From positions 43,774,001-43,838,000 of the forward strand of contig NC_087251.1 of NCBI RefSeq assembly GCF_037042905.1: a stretch of DNA of 64,000 nt, given 5' to 3'. The position numbers and the translations under genes were made by a program. Shown piece by piece: positions 37,425 through 52,150 of the stretch. This DNA comes from Lytechinus pictus. Taxonomy: Eukaryota. Positions within the stretch are counted from its first letter, which is position 1; every line of letters starts with the position of its first letter. The notes below the pieces were generated by a model that made no database searches, had not been told where the DNA came from, and saw only the letters and a list, made by a program, of their open reading frames with translations.

Positions 37425-38382
37425 TTTTTTGTCTCACCTGCACAGCAGAGTGAGACTATAGGCGCCGCTTTTCCGACGGCGGCAGCGGCGTCAACATCAA
37501 ATCTTAACCGAAGGTTAAGTTTTTGAAATGACAGCATAACTTTGAAACCTGAATATAAGGTTAATCAAGTATTACTGAACATTCTGCCTCGGTTTCAGGT
37601 CACATGACCAAGGTCAAAGGTCATTTAGGGTCAATGAACTTAGACCATGTTGGAGGAGTCAATATCGAAATCTTAACCTAAGGTTAAGTTTTTTGAAATG
37701 TCATCATAACTTAGAAAGTATATGAACCTAGTTCATGGACCTTTGCCATAAGGGTATTCATTTACTGAACATCCTGCCTGAGTTCCAAGGTCAAAGGTCA
37801 TTAAGGGCCATTGAACTTGTTGGGGGTATTTGTTGAATTACCATCATAACTTTGAAAGTTTGGTCTGAGTAGCAGCAGGTTGAACCTGCTACAACTCAAA
37901 CCATTGCTACTCAAGCCATATTCAGCTCATCTCATCTGGTTTACAGTCCTTTTCAGGACTTCACTCACTTTCAAGAAAGAATACCTCTAATTTTCTCTTT
38001 TCATCTCGTCTTTCCATTTCAATCTTTCTGCCTGTATTTCCTTCCCTTCTTCATATTACACATGGTAAACCATAAACTTTTTCCACGTTATAAACTCCAC
38101 CATGCAAACCTACAAAGATCAGCTATTAAATTGCTGTCATAACTTTCAAAGTTTATGAATTGTGGACATAGTAGGGGTAATCAAGTATCACTGACAAGTC
38201 TTAGGTCACATGATCAAGGCCATATGTCATTTAGGGTCAATGAACGTATTATTATATCACTATAGGAATTGTATTTTTTGTGAATAATTATTTTATAGTA
38301 GTTTTCAAAGTCAGCACTGCTGCTATATTGAATTTTGAATCGCGTAATGCAGGTAAGACTGCCTGAGGCGCTCCACTTGTTT
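37425..38382 (+). mobile_element. HINE-like element, diverged, with an internal ~270-bp insertion (about 37862-38128)
   Basis: GTCTCACCTGCA start, (GGC)n, GGTCAAAGGTCA units, ATGCAGGTAAGAC...CCACTTGTTT end. Confidence 0.8.
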
Positions 38383-39521
38383 ATATTAAAAAGGTCAATA
38401 TTTCGCTTGCTTGCAACATTTGAGATGTTTTGGTTTCACCCAAAGGTTTTACCCCATACGCCACGTTTACCCCTCAAAATGTTTGTTTCGTTACTCCACT
38501 GCCAAGACAAAATAGATAATTTGTAATGAAGAAAAAGGAGAAAAATCTTCTTCGAGTATATACTAGAGAAAGTGAAACAGAGGATGACCAACATCAATGT
38601 TTTCAATTTGTTGAAAGTTGATGAATTGCGCGACATTCGTTACTGTCCGCTCTTTACATCAGACATAAGTGTAAAGTTGTGTGCTGTGTATAATAGAGAT
38701 CATGTTTCTACCCTATGTTTTAAAGGGGAAGTTCTCCCCGACAAAAAGTTAATTGTAAAAATAGCAGAAAAGATAATAGAAAGAAAGAAATTGAAGGGGA
38801 AATAATTAAATGACAATAAGTCACGTTAAAGCTCCCTACTCCAACTTGTCTGGATATCGTACCAGGTATACCGTCGGGTGGAGGGGGGGGGGGGGGGTCA
38901 CTCAACTCTACAATTACCCCTGTCCAAATTTTAGAGAAGATTTTATTCACCTGCAATTAAACATTACGTTTATTTGTTATCTCTACCGGTATTATCTGGT
39001 TTAATGCGGAAATGTGTGATTGCTAGATTAGTTGCTCAGTGATTACGTTAATGGTGTCAATAATCCACCGGGAAAAATTATCAAAATGTATTTTTCCATA
39101 TTATTATTTATTTTGATTCTTTTAATAAAGTGATGTATTTTCTCCTGTTTAAACTTAAGAAAAAAATCGACACAACGGTACTCTTTTAGAACATCAACTC
39201 CTTTATTTTTAGGCTTCTTCTTTTTTCCTTTTAAGGCAAACTGATCAAATTATATTAAAAGGGATGAGAACATTATTGAATAGAGAAAGGGGGAAGGGAA
39301 CAGTCTCGGACCTTGTTTTTATTAAACCCGCTCTACAAACAAAATATACTGACTGAAACGAAAGAGAAAGAAACTCAGTCAAAAAGGGTTTAACTGTTTT
39401 GGAAGGACATCAGAATGACAGTAATACAGAACCGGTAATGGAATTGTCTTTTCAGTGATGAGTTGTCCTTTTATATTTTCATACACGGTAAATAGAAAAC
39501 TTTGCCATACTTGCTTGCATA

Positions 39522-39763
39522 CACTGCAAAAACTCTGGTGTTGATTTAACACCAGCCCGGAATCTATATATGTCCACACCGGAGAAGCATTGAAACAACA
39601 CCAGTTTGGAATCGAACCGATGCTGTTTTAAAATTATGGTGTTGTATAAACACCTATCTGGTGTTAGACCAAAACGAAACTGGTGTTGTTTAACACTTCT
39701 CTGGTGTGGACATATATAGATTCCAGGCTGGTGTTAAATCAACACCAGAGTTTTTTTGCAGTG
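39522..39763. mobile_element. Palindromic MITE with CACTG termini and TA duplication
   Basis: CACTGCAAAAACTCTGGTGTTGATTTAACACCAGCC is inverted at the other end. Confidence 0.85.
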
Positions 39764-39919
39764 TAGTACAGGGGAAAATTGATACTAAAAATTACACCAG
39801 ATTTTTAGTGACATGATAATGAATATACGAGTGGAGCGTAAGGACCAAAGCTGATCGAGATCGAGTCGGTAAATTTGGGGAAAACGGTGGCTAGTTATTA
39901 TGTTGAAACAGTGTCGGCG

Positions 39920-40285
39920 CACTGCAAAAACTCTGGTGTTAATTTAACACTATCTAATATATATATGTCCACACCAGAGAAGTTTTAAACAACATCAGTT
40001 TCGTTTTGGTCTTACACCAGATAGGTGTTTTATGCTATATGAGGACCACTCGGTAGACCAGCAGCACCATGATTGATGCTGCTGAGTAGGGCCATCCTCC
40101 CGTTTTCTATTTTCACATGTATCATTTTATATGTATTGTTATCTGTCTTTTTAACGGAAATAAATTCAATTCAATTCAATTCAACACCAATTAGTATTAA
40201 ACATCATCCGTTTGATTCCAAACTGTGTTGTTTCAATACATAGATTCCGGGCTGGTGTTAAATCAACACCGGAGTTTTTGCAGTG
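39920..40285. mobile_element. Second CACTG MITE copy, opposite orientation, interrupted at about 40032-40183
   Basis: Same TIRs; internal segment reversed relative to the 39522 copy. Confidence 0.8.
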
Positions 40286-41158
40286 TGTGAGAATGAGAAT
40301 ATGAAGGTTTACTTAACGTGTGTGTGAGTTTTTTTCTTCTTGTTCTTTAAGGGGAGGGGGCCAGTGGACGTTAACACTCAATTTAATTTCATTATCGTGG
40401 ATTTCCCCGTTTTTGTTTTTCTTCTGAATGAATGAATATATAATTTTAGATGTACATGTACATACACGTTTATATTTCAATCAATAAGATAATTTATGCT
40501 TGATTAGTTTTCATCATTTTCCATTATTTTCTCTTTTACAGTTCAGAAAAAAAACCAATAAATGATTATACATAACCTGTGCGCAATTACCCTCCTTTTT
40601 TCATCTAGCGTTAAAATGTGTTTTATACTATTATGATACGTGTTTACTATGTGTTTCACTTTTTGGCGATCCAGTCTCACGGTTTTTTTTTTATTAGTAA
40701 CCTTCACGCAAAGCCAGGGGGGGAAAAGTTTTGTATTAACTTATATTATATAACTTTGTATATTGTTTGGGCTTTTAAAACTTATTTGCAAAATTTACAA
40801 GATTGAATTGGAGAACAGTTTCAACATAATATCCCTTGTATTCAATAATGAATGTTCAATTAATATGTAAACTTTTTTATGCGATCATGTCAAATGTCGC
40901 AATTTATTTTATTATCTAATCACATTATTTGATGTTTCTTTGTATTTTTATCCTATTTGCGAGATAATTATTGAATTGAATTGAATTGAAATAGGCGTGG
41001 GAAGAGATGGGATTTGACCGATCTTTCGAGATCACTGCCGATAAATTATAAGACGTTGCAGACTCGGACCTAAAGGACAGTATAGGAGTACGCTGGATAT
41101 TAGGCGCGTGCCTCGATGCCCGTTCTCATAATGACCAATGACATATAAACGTCTTAAG

Positions 41159-41313
41159 GGGTCCGTTGCATAAAACTTTTTACCTGAGAAAAGTCAGGTT
41201 GTTTTTACCGGAGTTATTGCCCTGTGTTAAAGTCAATGGCAGAAATCAGACTAACCTTAGTTTTCAGTTTTTACCAGAGTTTTCTCAGGTAAAAAGTTTT
41301 ATGCAACAGGCCC
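41159..41313. mobile_element. Harbinger-like MITE
   Basis: GTTGCATAAAACTTTTTACCTGAGAAAA inverted ends; AAG duplication. Confidence 0.85.
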
Positions 41314-44300
41314 AAGGGTGCGTTTTATCATTAATGACAAGTTGTAATTTTCCGACAAGTTGTTCAATCCGACAATCCGACAACTATTGACCGAGAAACA
41401 CACTTCCTGTGGTCGGATAGAACTGATTTTGTCGGATATTAACATCCGACGAGTCCTCTCACATGAAACGGTCTCCGGTCGGATTTGACACGAACTATAA
41501 AAATGGACTATCTTGCTTTTAGAGTGTATCATTTTTGTTTTTCAGCACACATTATTTCTGGAGCATGAAGTTCATGTCATTATAAGAAGAAACATAAAAA
41601 TAGAAGCATGTTAAAGAAATTAATAAAGTCTGAGAATGGAAGTGCGATGTTTTGAGTGGGGAGGAGATCTCGATATTTGTCATGTTTGTGAAGGTTACAC
41701 AGAGATCCTGTTCCTTTTGTTTTCCTATATTATGTTTGGAATAGTGTTTTTAATTTTTTTAAATCATATAACTAGTATTTAAAGGTCATAAGGGAAAAAA
41801 GGAACTCATGTAATTATGATTTCTGTAGCGGGGAGGGGAAACGCCAGAAATGATGATTACTACATGCATGACTGGCTAAGACAAATAATACATTTAGGTA
41901 ATAAATATGTCTTATTACCCTTGCCAGAACTAAATCGGGTGAAAATATTCTGAAAAGTTATAAGGATATCCTGAATATAGAATCGGACAAAAAAAAACTA
42001 ACAGGGATGTATAACTTGTTTGAGTATTATTTTGAGTAAGCACTCGCCTCGGTTGATCTATTATCATCAGATCATATTTTTTCCCCCTCTTTTTCTTTTT
42101 GATTATTACTTTGACACCGAAGTCATGCTGAAGAAATTATGGAGGTAAAATTTTGTTTGGCAACGCATTGTTGGGTAGAATTGTGCCCCAAACTGCGCAA
42201 ATTATGCCCGAGCATCGTAAAACATGGTCAAGATCAATACACCAATTTGTACAAAGAAAATGCTGCTCAACTGTTGGTCATATTCTTACCAACAGAATTG
42301 ATGTTGGGCGAAATTAAAAAAAAATACCTCTCCATATATCTTTACCAGTGATTCTTATTTGTTGGTAAAATGACCAACATAATATTCAGTTATTAATAAT
42401 ACTAATAGTAATATTAAATAATTTTTACTTATCCAGTTACACTAAGCATATAGGTCCACGCATTAAATAACTCTAATGACCAACATAGTTTGGGCAATAT
42501 GGCGATCCAACGTTGGTGAATGATTTGTTAAATCATTGACCAACCATTTTAAAAGTGTGAGATAAACCCCAAAGGTAATGAAAATTTTAGAATGTCAACA
42601 AAATATTTATATCCATTGAATTCATTTTTTTTTTCAGAATGTCCATCTGTGACGAATTTATTATACTAAAAATGCAAGAGAATTAATTTGTTAAATCGTA
42701 ATATTCAAATGGTCCTTAGTAAAACAAATTTGACATATTTTAAATATTCTAAGGATGTCGAGGTTTAAATACTAATTACATGTAGATCACCATTGTAATT
42801 GATCTTTAATTACTTTGAAAATAGGTGGAAGGCAACAGCATCCGCATGCGTTGTAATTAATTTTGTAAGAATTTTGGATCCGCTAAAATGGGGAAACAAA
42901 ACGATCCTCTCCCGTAGGTTGAGCTTTATGAAATATTTGAATGATGAGGGCGCGTCCCCCACCCCTTGTACCGCCGCCCTTGCCATTGCTTAATTACACT
43001 TTTAGTGAGGCAATTAATGCGAGACATATACATTCTGTGACATAGAAAATTACTCACACTTTGCTTGGTGTGAAGTAAATTATTATTTTTCCTATCTGGC
43101 TCAATTAGCTCTATAAGCTTATTTATAATAACAATGTCCTGAAATATAAATAAATAATTATATATTTACAATTGATTCGAATTATACATGTACTGTGTCA
43201 GGTCAGGTTGAACCTAGACCACGGTCTAACTATGTGCTAAAATTATGGGGAGTCAAATATTCAAAAATTCTGTTTATATTGTATATTTCTTATGATTACT
43301 ATTTTGTTTCCCTTTGCTTTCATTATGAAGAAAAATACTTCATTTATCATTCCCAGACATTTATGAACAATTTGAGCGTCAAATGAGTTAAGAAATTGGA
43401 TGTGTGTTGTTTCGGATATGTGCCCCAATCAGCTCTCTATTCTTAAACCACAACTTTAATCCAGGGTTTGATTTAAACCCAAGTTCAGAACACGGGCCAA
43501 TGGGTTCGAATTTTTGACCCTCAATGTCCATAATATTAATCTCATTATTGAATATTTGCCTGTGGACGTAATTCCTTGGAGATATAAATCGTGTAATAAG
43601 GATAGATGATACGATGATGGAGCACAACAAGATGATATGGATTTTCTCCATTTCCGATTTACGTCACACCCGAATATCCCTTAATGTAAATTATTATTAT
43701 TGAACTTGAATCGAAATCCTATGATTATGCTTATTTTACCGCACTTTTGTACTTTCGTAAATAGCAGTTTCAATTGTAAACAGACACTATTATAAAATAG
43801 TCAATTTATAATTTCTATCCAGACAGTATATAGGACTGACTATGAAATCACTTTTTACATAATTACAGTATTACAAAATAGTTTCATGGTGGTAACTTTC
43901 GTTTGAGGGGAATGCTCTTCAATAAGTAACCGTTTGGTAATTCAATTTCAATTAATGAGGTAGCTGGTAAACCACCACTCGTGATGTTCTAATAAAATCA
44001 GCTAATTTAAGATGTAATTTACGCCCAATATTACTATTATTATCCGGTTATCATGATGATGTTTCCGGCATTTCCTCTGATTTGATGTAACGAAAATTTA
44101 TTCATATCTTTAGCTTTAGACATACTGATATGATTATATTTCCAGCCATTAAAGTTGTCAGTTATTATGTATACCCAATTTAAGAAAACTGCATTTGTAA
44201 AAGATATTATTATTAAGAATGTATTTAAATGTCATTTTTATAGGCCTACAGTTTTCTAAACCGTTAATAAGATGTATGGATATAGGGAGGATTAGGAAAA

Positions 44301-46039
44301 GGATATATTTTCCATATGTGATTTTTTATGAATACGCGTTTCCTCTAATTTTAAAGCTTTTGCTTTACTTTAGGTCCATCCACTTTGAATCTGCATTTAT
44401 ATTGTAATTATGCATACTATTTCGGAATGAGTTATATGTTTTTGTATTTTGATTGATTTGTGGAAAATAAATGAAATGAAATGAAATATATATATATATA
44501 TATATTTTAAATTTATTGTGCCCTAGAGGACAAGGCGTAGGCTGGTTTGAGCATGGGGAGGTGCACATCCCGGGGAGGTGGAACTATAAAAGTGGTATTG
44601 GGGTGCTCATCTTGGGGAGGTGGAACTAAAGTTTGGAAAACCAGCTGTTGAAAGCAGACGAAGATTTACAAATTTCGTTTTGCTTGCCAGAATCGGAACT
44701 CCTCTGCCTCAGCGGGAGGGTGCGTGCATCCAGTGCATCCCCAGCCTACACTCTAGGCAACATACTGTTCACACAACCGTTGGTTAAAATCTGCCCAAAT
44801 TGTGTAATAAAAACTGATTATTGGGTAATAAATTTGCTTAATTGGATAATAATTGCACAGAATATATATATATATATATTGTACCAACATACATTACCCA
44901 ACACAGTGGACAGTATGTTGCCCAACGTTTTAAGTGTGTACGCCTTTCCCGCACAAGAGATGGTTATATTTTCTTCAGCATTATACATTAAATCTCAATA
45001 ATCATGATAATAATTGTTTTTGATGTATTAAAGATTTCATCCTAAACCAATAAAGTTAAATTGTGATATGATACGATATAATTAGTGATTCACCCAAATT
45101 AGATAATAATGATTGTGGTTAATGAATTTTAGTCTATTTATAATACATAGTCTCAACATTTTTTTTTACAATCATTACAAATTAGTATCTGATTGCAGTT
45201 TCTGTGAAGGTTTTTGCTTTCCCTGTAAGACTATACGGAGTGACTATTTTCCTTATTTCCACATAATTAAAATGCATAATCAAAACTAACTGATATTGAC
45301 CGCATTATTGAAGGTAATTTTCCCCAAGTGAGAACCAATATACTTGCTTTTGTATTATGTTTATATTGATTTTTCATTTTATGGGAATATCAGCACATAT
45401 TGATTTATTTTAAGATGCAAGAAATAACATTCTTCCTTCTGTTATTAAGAAAGTTAAGTTGTATAATATAGCCATGAATTTATTCGATGTTTCCGCTATA
45501 ATTGTACTTTTTGAAACTGAGTCTTTGAGAATCCGGTACAAATCAAGCTAGTTCAGAAACAACGTGGATAAGAATGGAATATATCAATTTCTTATATAGC
45601 TAAGGCTTTGTAGGATGCATTTATGAATATGTTTTCATGAAAATAGTAAGCCTGTGTATAATGATTTCGTGATATATGGTTTAATTAATAATTATAGTGT
45701 TACTTGATTTCATTGTTCTTAAAAGTTTTATTCCTTTGTTTTTAGCGCTGCCTTCTTTAAATTTCACGCAGAATTATAATCATATTTCCTTTCTACCCCC
45801 TCTATTTCTCTCCCTCTGTTCCATAATATTGTTTCTCTTTTAAGTGTTATTCTTTCAGTCATTTTGCTAATAACTTTATTTGTTTACATAATATACAGGA
45901 ATTACACATACACATTTCATGATATTCATATCGCGTATTTCCATTTCTTTCTCCATGACAACAAAGTTAACGTAAATTTATATCTGTTTTATCAGTCAGT
46001 ATTTGTCTTTTACTTTGGCGGTTTTCTTTGCAACAACTG

Positions 46040-46194
46040 GGGCCCGTTGCATAAAACTTTTTACCTGAGAAAACTCGGGTAAAAACTGAAAGCTAAGGTT
46101 AGTCTGATTTCTGCCATTGACTTTAACACAGGGCAAAAACTCCGGTAAAAACAACCTGAGTTTTCTCAGGTAAAAAGTTTTATGCAACGGGCCC
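46040..46194. mobile_element. Harbinger-like MITE, inverted near-identical copy of 41159-41313
   Basis: GGGCCCGTTGCATAAAAC TIR; CTG duplication. Confidence 0.85.
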
Positions 46195-46659
46195 CTGCAG
46201 TCGTTTTTTTTTAACCCCGAACTAGCATTCTTTATGAATAACAACTATTATGAACAGCGGTCCTTCTGAATCATAGTCATTATGAATAGCGGTCCTTATG
46301 TCCAGTGGTTGGCCCTATTTTAAATTTATTGAGCATCATTCGATAGCATCGGTGAAAATAAAACCATGCGTGTTATGCACGCACAGATTAATTTCCTGTA
46401 GTTGTAGTTTTTAGAGTTCCGACAGTTGAAGCATTTGCAAAAGAAAAACAATAAAACGGAAGTCGTATTCAGAATGTGAAGTAGTCCAATTACCTATGTA
46501 AGTACGTCAACTTAAGTTTCTTGACTTAAAGGGAATATCGAACACATTTTATTTTTACATTCAAAATAACATCCATCTTTACATGAAATCTTTGAGTCTT
46601 TTATAGATGAAATCAACATGGATTCGTGTTAATTGATTTCCCCAATTATTTTTAAAGCT

Positions 46660-46860
46660 CATTATGATAATGATATGGTAATAATGTTGATGATGATAAT
46701 GATGATGATGATGATAATAATAATAGTAATAATGATAAAGTTAATGATTATATCAACAACAATGATAATAATGAAAGTAATGATAATAATCATCATCATG
46801 ATCTTCACCAACATCATCTTCATCCTTATAATCATCATCATAATGATGGTGATAATTGCT
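46660..46860. repeat. (ATG/ATA/ATC)n low-complexity tract
   Basis: Degenerate trinucleotide repeats. Confidence 0.8.
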
Positions 46861-48476
46861 AATCACGAAAATGAAGATACTAAAATTAAATACCATCCAT
46901 CATTCTCGTTTTATAATAAGTCGTAATTATTTTTTTTTCATTAGACTTTCATGATAGTGATATTACACACTGTCATAGTCATCTTCGTATTTTCTAAGGT
47001 TAAGTCCATCCAAGAACAAGTTTGATTTTATTAAAAATAAGAAAATGAAACAACCTGAAACTGAAAATTTGCATGAAAATCGGACAGTTTAGTTATATGT
47101 ACAAATTCTGGACTGTGCAAATAAGGGACTCGATGATGCAACTCACTGTTGTTTTCGTCCATTATAAGATATAAGATAAAGTAGCTATCTCGTTTTAAGG
47201 TGTGAAATGGATTAATGACCCCATAAAAGTATCAAATTGCCATGAATGTTTTCTTTATTCACTTATTAGACCCAATGTTTATTTATCATTAAATTTTCCC
47301 CCAAAAGAAATACTTTCATACAAAATGAGGAGTGAGTATGTGATGTCATCGACTCCCTAATTTGCTTGCAACTCATTTGGTGCATTTATTTTTATTTTTA
47401 AACAAAACTTTAACATGTCATAACTTTCTCTCTCATTTTACATTTAAGTGTTATGCTAGTTTGACCCTTATCAATTTTCTTTTTTTTAGGGTAAACGTAG
47501 CATTTGCTTTTTCTTGAGTAAATTTTCAGGAATCCTTTTAAAGATGACACATGAATTATTGTCATTATCCGCTGCTCGGTTACCATGGTTACTGCCTTCT
47601 CATTATCACGCAGAATAGTAGAGTATACCCTCAAAATAGATTTTCTATTAAAATAAGATTTATAAAAAAAAACGACAATCCAGGATGAGTATTATTAAAA
47701 GATATCTTATTGTAGGCAAATAAACATGTAAGATTGAACTTTGTAACCGGAACTATTGCAGTTCCGTTTGTCATAAAACTGTGACGTATGTATATTGCCT
47801 ACCGTCTAAGGCTGACATAATTATATTCAGTCAACCAAGGACATAAACGTGTTGAATATCGTGAATGAATGAATGAATAGAATCATCTCCGGAATAAAAA
47901 AAGCTTTCGATTTATTTATCTTTGTGCGGAGCCATTATTGCATGATCTTAATTGACGGGTTTGTCAATAGATGTGCGTTAGATAAACAAACAGGTATTGT
48001 TATTCATATAGAGGTCTGATTTCGTGACCCTTACCTGATTTTAGAAATCATATCATTGAGAAAAATGACATCATTGGTTATAATGCAATCGTGAATTATT
48101 GTGCCCGACGTGTTTTTGTTATTTCATGGACCAATACTAGGTCCATGTTTATTTCAAACCGATTACAGGTATTTTGCAAACAGAATACAAGCTTTATTAA
48201 TATTGTTGGAATCTTAAATGACCCTTTTTTCCAACGCAAGAGCTACTTTCAAAGAAGTAGGCTACTTCCTGTCAAGTTGGTACAGTCCCTTCCTTCCTTC
48301 CTTCATTCCTTACTATCTTTCTTTCTTTTTCTTTCTTTCTTTCTTCCTTTTTCCTTACTTCCTTCCTTTCTTTCTTCCTTCCTTCCTTTATTTATTTCTT
48401 CTTTCCTCTCATTCCTTTATAATAATAATTATAATGATAACGATGAGGATACAAATTGTGATAGTACTGATCATAA

Positions 48477-48754
48477 TAGGGCGGCGCTGGAGGGGGCTGG
48501 GGGCCCTATGAGAATTTAGTGAAAGGAGGGGGGGGGATAATAATAAGACGAAGGGTATATAAGAAAGAGAAAAGACTGAAGAGATTTTTTTTTATAAATA
48601 GAGGTATAAAAGTCATATTACTCCATATTATTCCTGTATTTCAATTTAGAAAAAAGAGGTCATCTTACCCCCCCCTTATCAAAGTACTCTCCCCCCCTTA
48701 TCAAAATACATCTGCCCCCCCCCCCTTATCAAAATACTCCTGGTGCCGCCTCTG
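48477..48754. mobile_element. hAT-like MITE
   Basis: GGCGGCGCTGGAG / CTCCTGGTGCCGCCTCTG ends; near TSD GATCATAA/GATAATAA. Confidence 0.55.
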
Positions 48755-49825
48755 GATAATAATGACGATTGATATGTTTAATAATGATGATAATGATGAG
48801 AGATTGAGAATGATAATAATCATTGTGTACATAATTTATAATGATAAATAATCTTGTTGGGTATGTTCGTAGAGTGACATTTTCTGTATTAGTGATTCTG
48901 TCGTTGACATTTCAATATTTGGGGCTACATTTTCATTGTTTTTCTGCTTCATTAAATGATGGGATGTTAAAGAACCTCTATTTTTATTTGTTGGGAAGTT
49001 CCCGAGAAATATAGCAGGCAATACCGACTCGCGGGGACCAGGGGTGGATCCAGGATTTTCCAAGGGGGGTGGGGGGCTTTTTGTACAGAAAATAAAATTA
49101 GTCCTCACTTCCAATTGAAAGTGAATTATGTCAGGATAAATTTGATGAAAAAGGTTGCTCACTGCGTGTGCACTACATATTCCCCTAATAAATATTTGCT
49201 ATGCCTCTCAAGGGGGGGGGGGGGGCATGGGCCGGATGCCCCTACCTCGATCTGCCACTGTTCGATGCTTTGACATCTACAAGAATTAAACAAATAATTC
49301 ACTCTGGCCTTCGATAAATAGAGAGTCTTCGATTCTTTTTGAAACTAAGAGTTCTTGTTATATTTCCCCTGGACTAAAATCACCTTCATCTTGTAGCAAA
49401 ACTTTTTTTTTGCTCGTAAAATTTCTCGTGAACAAAATGAGATTCATTTTTGTATAGTGAAAACCCCCGCCCTCTTCTTTTTTTTTGCTTGTCAAATTTA
49501 AACCAGCACCCCCTGTGGGGCACGGGGCGGATGTGCCCCTGCCTCGATCCGCCACTGGTGGGGACCATTTCATAAAACATGAATAGGCTGATTTTTCACA
49601 GACAGCTGTTACAAGCTACCGAGATCCTTGCATCTGATTGGCTAAGAACAAATTAGTGATAAGATGTTGTTTGTATCATGAAATTCTCCCCTGACATCTC
49701 ATGATACAGAAGTGAAGCTTGGACTCATTACAGGGTGATAAAGGTTTTACTCATTTGTAAATAGCCATCGACGAAAAACAAATATATTTCACGACGGTTT
49801 TGTGGAACAAAGCAAGGAATCACTA

Positions 49826-49976
49826 CACTCTAAAAATAAATCAGTCAAAAATTACTAGTTAATAGTAATTTTTGACTAGAATATACGTCAGAAATGTGAT
49901 TATCAGTGATTGCCATATCAGTTGCTCCCAGCTGACTACTGGTCTAGTCAACTTGACTGATTTGTTTTAAGAGTGT
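49826..49976. mobile_element. Short palindromic MITE with CACTC termini
   Basis: CACTCTAAAAATAAATCAGTCAA / TTGACTGATTTGTTTTAAGAGTG with TA flanks. Confidence 0.6.
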
Positions 49977-51740
49977 ATATTATTCCCACAGTAGTTGTGA
50001 CGTCACGTCACTGTCTGTGATTATCATGATTGTAATCAACTTGGGTTTAAAGTCCAATCAAGGGGACAGAATGAAAGCTTCGGGTGTGCTCTCAATCACA
50101 TGACTTAATTCAAATAAAAGGTGTTTCACCTTCCCTACCATGTCGTAGCTTCTTTATTCAGAAAATGAATCACAGCGACGGTTTCGTCTCTTCGACGTAT
50201 CCTATGCGACAAGGTCATTCTTAATGAGGACAGAATGAAAACGGGGGGGGGGGGGCGAATATTATAGTTGTTTTTCGAGTCAACAGTTCAAGAGTTGCTT
50301 CAGTTTCAAGCAGAAACACAATGGGGGGTAATCGGGGATTCATTTATCTGAGGTCTGACGACCTCTATAACAGTCTAATGTTCATTTCCGATTGGAGATT
50401 TTTTTAAATCTGCGCATGGATGTTTCAAACTTAATTCTAGGCTTAGATTCAAGGTGGAGGGGGGGGGGGGGTTGGGTGCGCCTGTCAAAAAGTTGTACAT
50501 TGTTTATTCCCTCGATATTACCCCTCTTTTGAAATGAGACAAATTACGTCGTTTTCGGCGTGGACACTGGTGGGGGAGGGTTGTCAGAATTTGTCCGATC
50601 TAAGGTCGTTTTAGAAGTAATATTTTTTTCTGGGGGGGGGGGTCAAATGATGTGGTGTTGTCCAATTTTTCTTAAAGACAAATTGATTTATTTCAGGAGT
50701 AAAAACCAATTTACCTGCTTATGAAAATCTTTAAAACGAAAAAAAGAAAGCCAACACTCTCTGCCCCGTCCGTTTTATGAAATGGTCCACCCCTGTTACA
50801 AGGCTCTATCACTAAATCGTGACCGCACGCGGTGGGACCTGGTAAAATGGGCGCATAAAATGCCGTCATCATCAATATCAAATAAGCTACTTCATTTTTT
50901 GTTTTACTATTGCTGGATACCAAAGTAAATACTATATAATAAATAAAACAATATCCGGGACTCACTGCATGCCCACATCGCAACACAGAAGATAATTTCC
51001 TTTATAATGTATTTAATCATAATAGGCAATGTTGTTTTGATCATCAACTTACTTTCTATGTTCAGTAAGGGGGATGTCCCCAACCCATACCTTATGGTTA
51101 GGGGCAGCTCCCTAAAGTAATCTTACTGAATTTTGGTCCTGTTGATATTGAGTTTCATTTCCTTTGTTTAAATATTTTTGTTTTGTGCTTACCACCTCCT
51201 TATGTTGTACATTATTTATTTATTTTTGTATTCTGTTTTTCACCGCCTTGCTAAAATAAAATTGCTGACAATTGATGGCAGGCATTTTATTGCTAATAAG
51301 AGAATGAAATTAATTCAAATTAAATGATTCAGGGGTGCTGTGCTTATATGTATATAAATAACCTGTGATTCAGATTTGCAACCGTGATGTTCGATGTCCC
51401 ATAATATCTTATATAGTTGTATAACATACCTTGTCTGACATATTTAAGTTGCAATTTCTACTGCTAGTATTAAAACCATAGGTCCCCTTGGAACTTGCAA
51501 GCATATACCAGACACTCCCAACTCCCTGCATATACTATACAATTCATTGACTTAAAACAGGTGATGAAATCTTACCATGTATATCATTTATGTTTTCATT
51601 AGCTGAAGTATAAATTATTGTCATTTTATTAATTGAAATGATTAATGATGATTTTAAAAAAATTCCAATTACGTGATCCGCATTCTACCCGATGGTGGAT
51701 AACAAGAGAACATGCACCTTTCTTGGGTACAATATCCTTA

Positions 51741-51751
51741 TAGTGGTGGTG

Positions 51752-51785
<34 letters not shown>

Positions 51786-51865
51786 CAGTAGTAGTAGTAT
51801 TAGTAGTAGTAGTAGTAGAAGTAGTAGAAGTATAGTAGCATTAGTAGTTGTGTAGTAGCAGTAGC

Positions 51866-51898
<33 letters not shown>

Positions 51899-51956
51899 GG
51901 TGGTGGTGGTGGTGGTGGTGGTGGTGGTAGTAGTGGTGGTAGTAGTAGTGGTGGTT

Positions 51957-52009
<53 letters not shown>

Positions 52010-52028
52010 GGTGGTGGTGGTGGTGGTG

Positions 52029-52064
<36 letters not shown>

Positions 52065-52150
52065 CTAGTAGTAGGGTTTGATGTTGTTGAAGTTGTAGTA
52101 GTAGTAGTAGTAGGGTTTGATGTTGTTGAAGTTGTAGCAGAAGTAGTAAT
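51741..52150. repeat. Compound (TAG)n/(TGG)n microsatellite
   Basis: Alternating pure blocks. Confidence 0.95.

Noticed and set aside
41166..41390. Similar ORFs at 41166 and 45996 resembling a duplicated small gene
   Set aside because: The similarity comes from two copies of the same 155-bp MITE.
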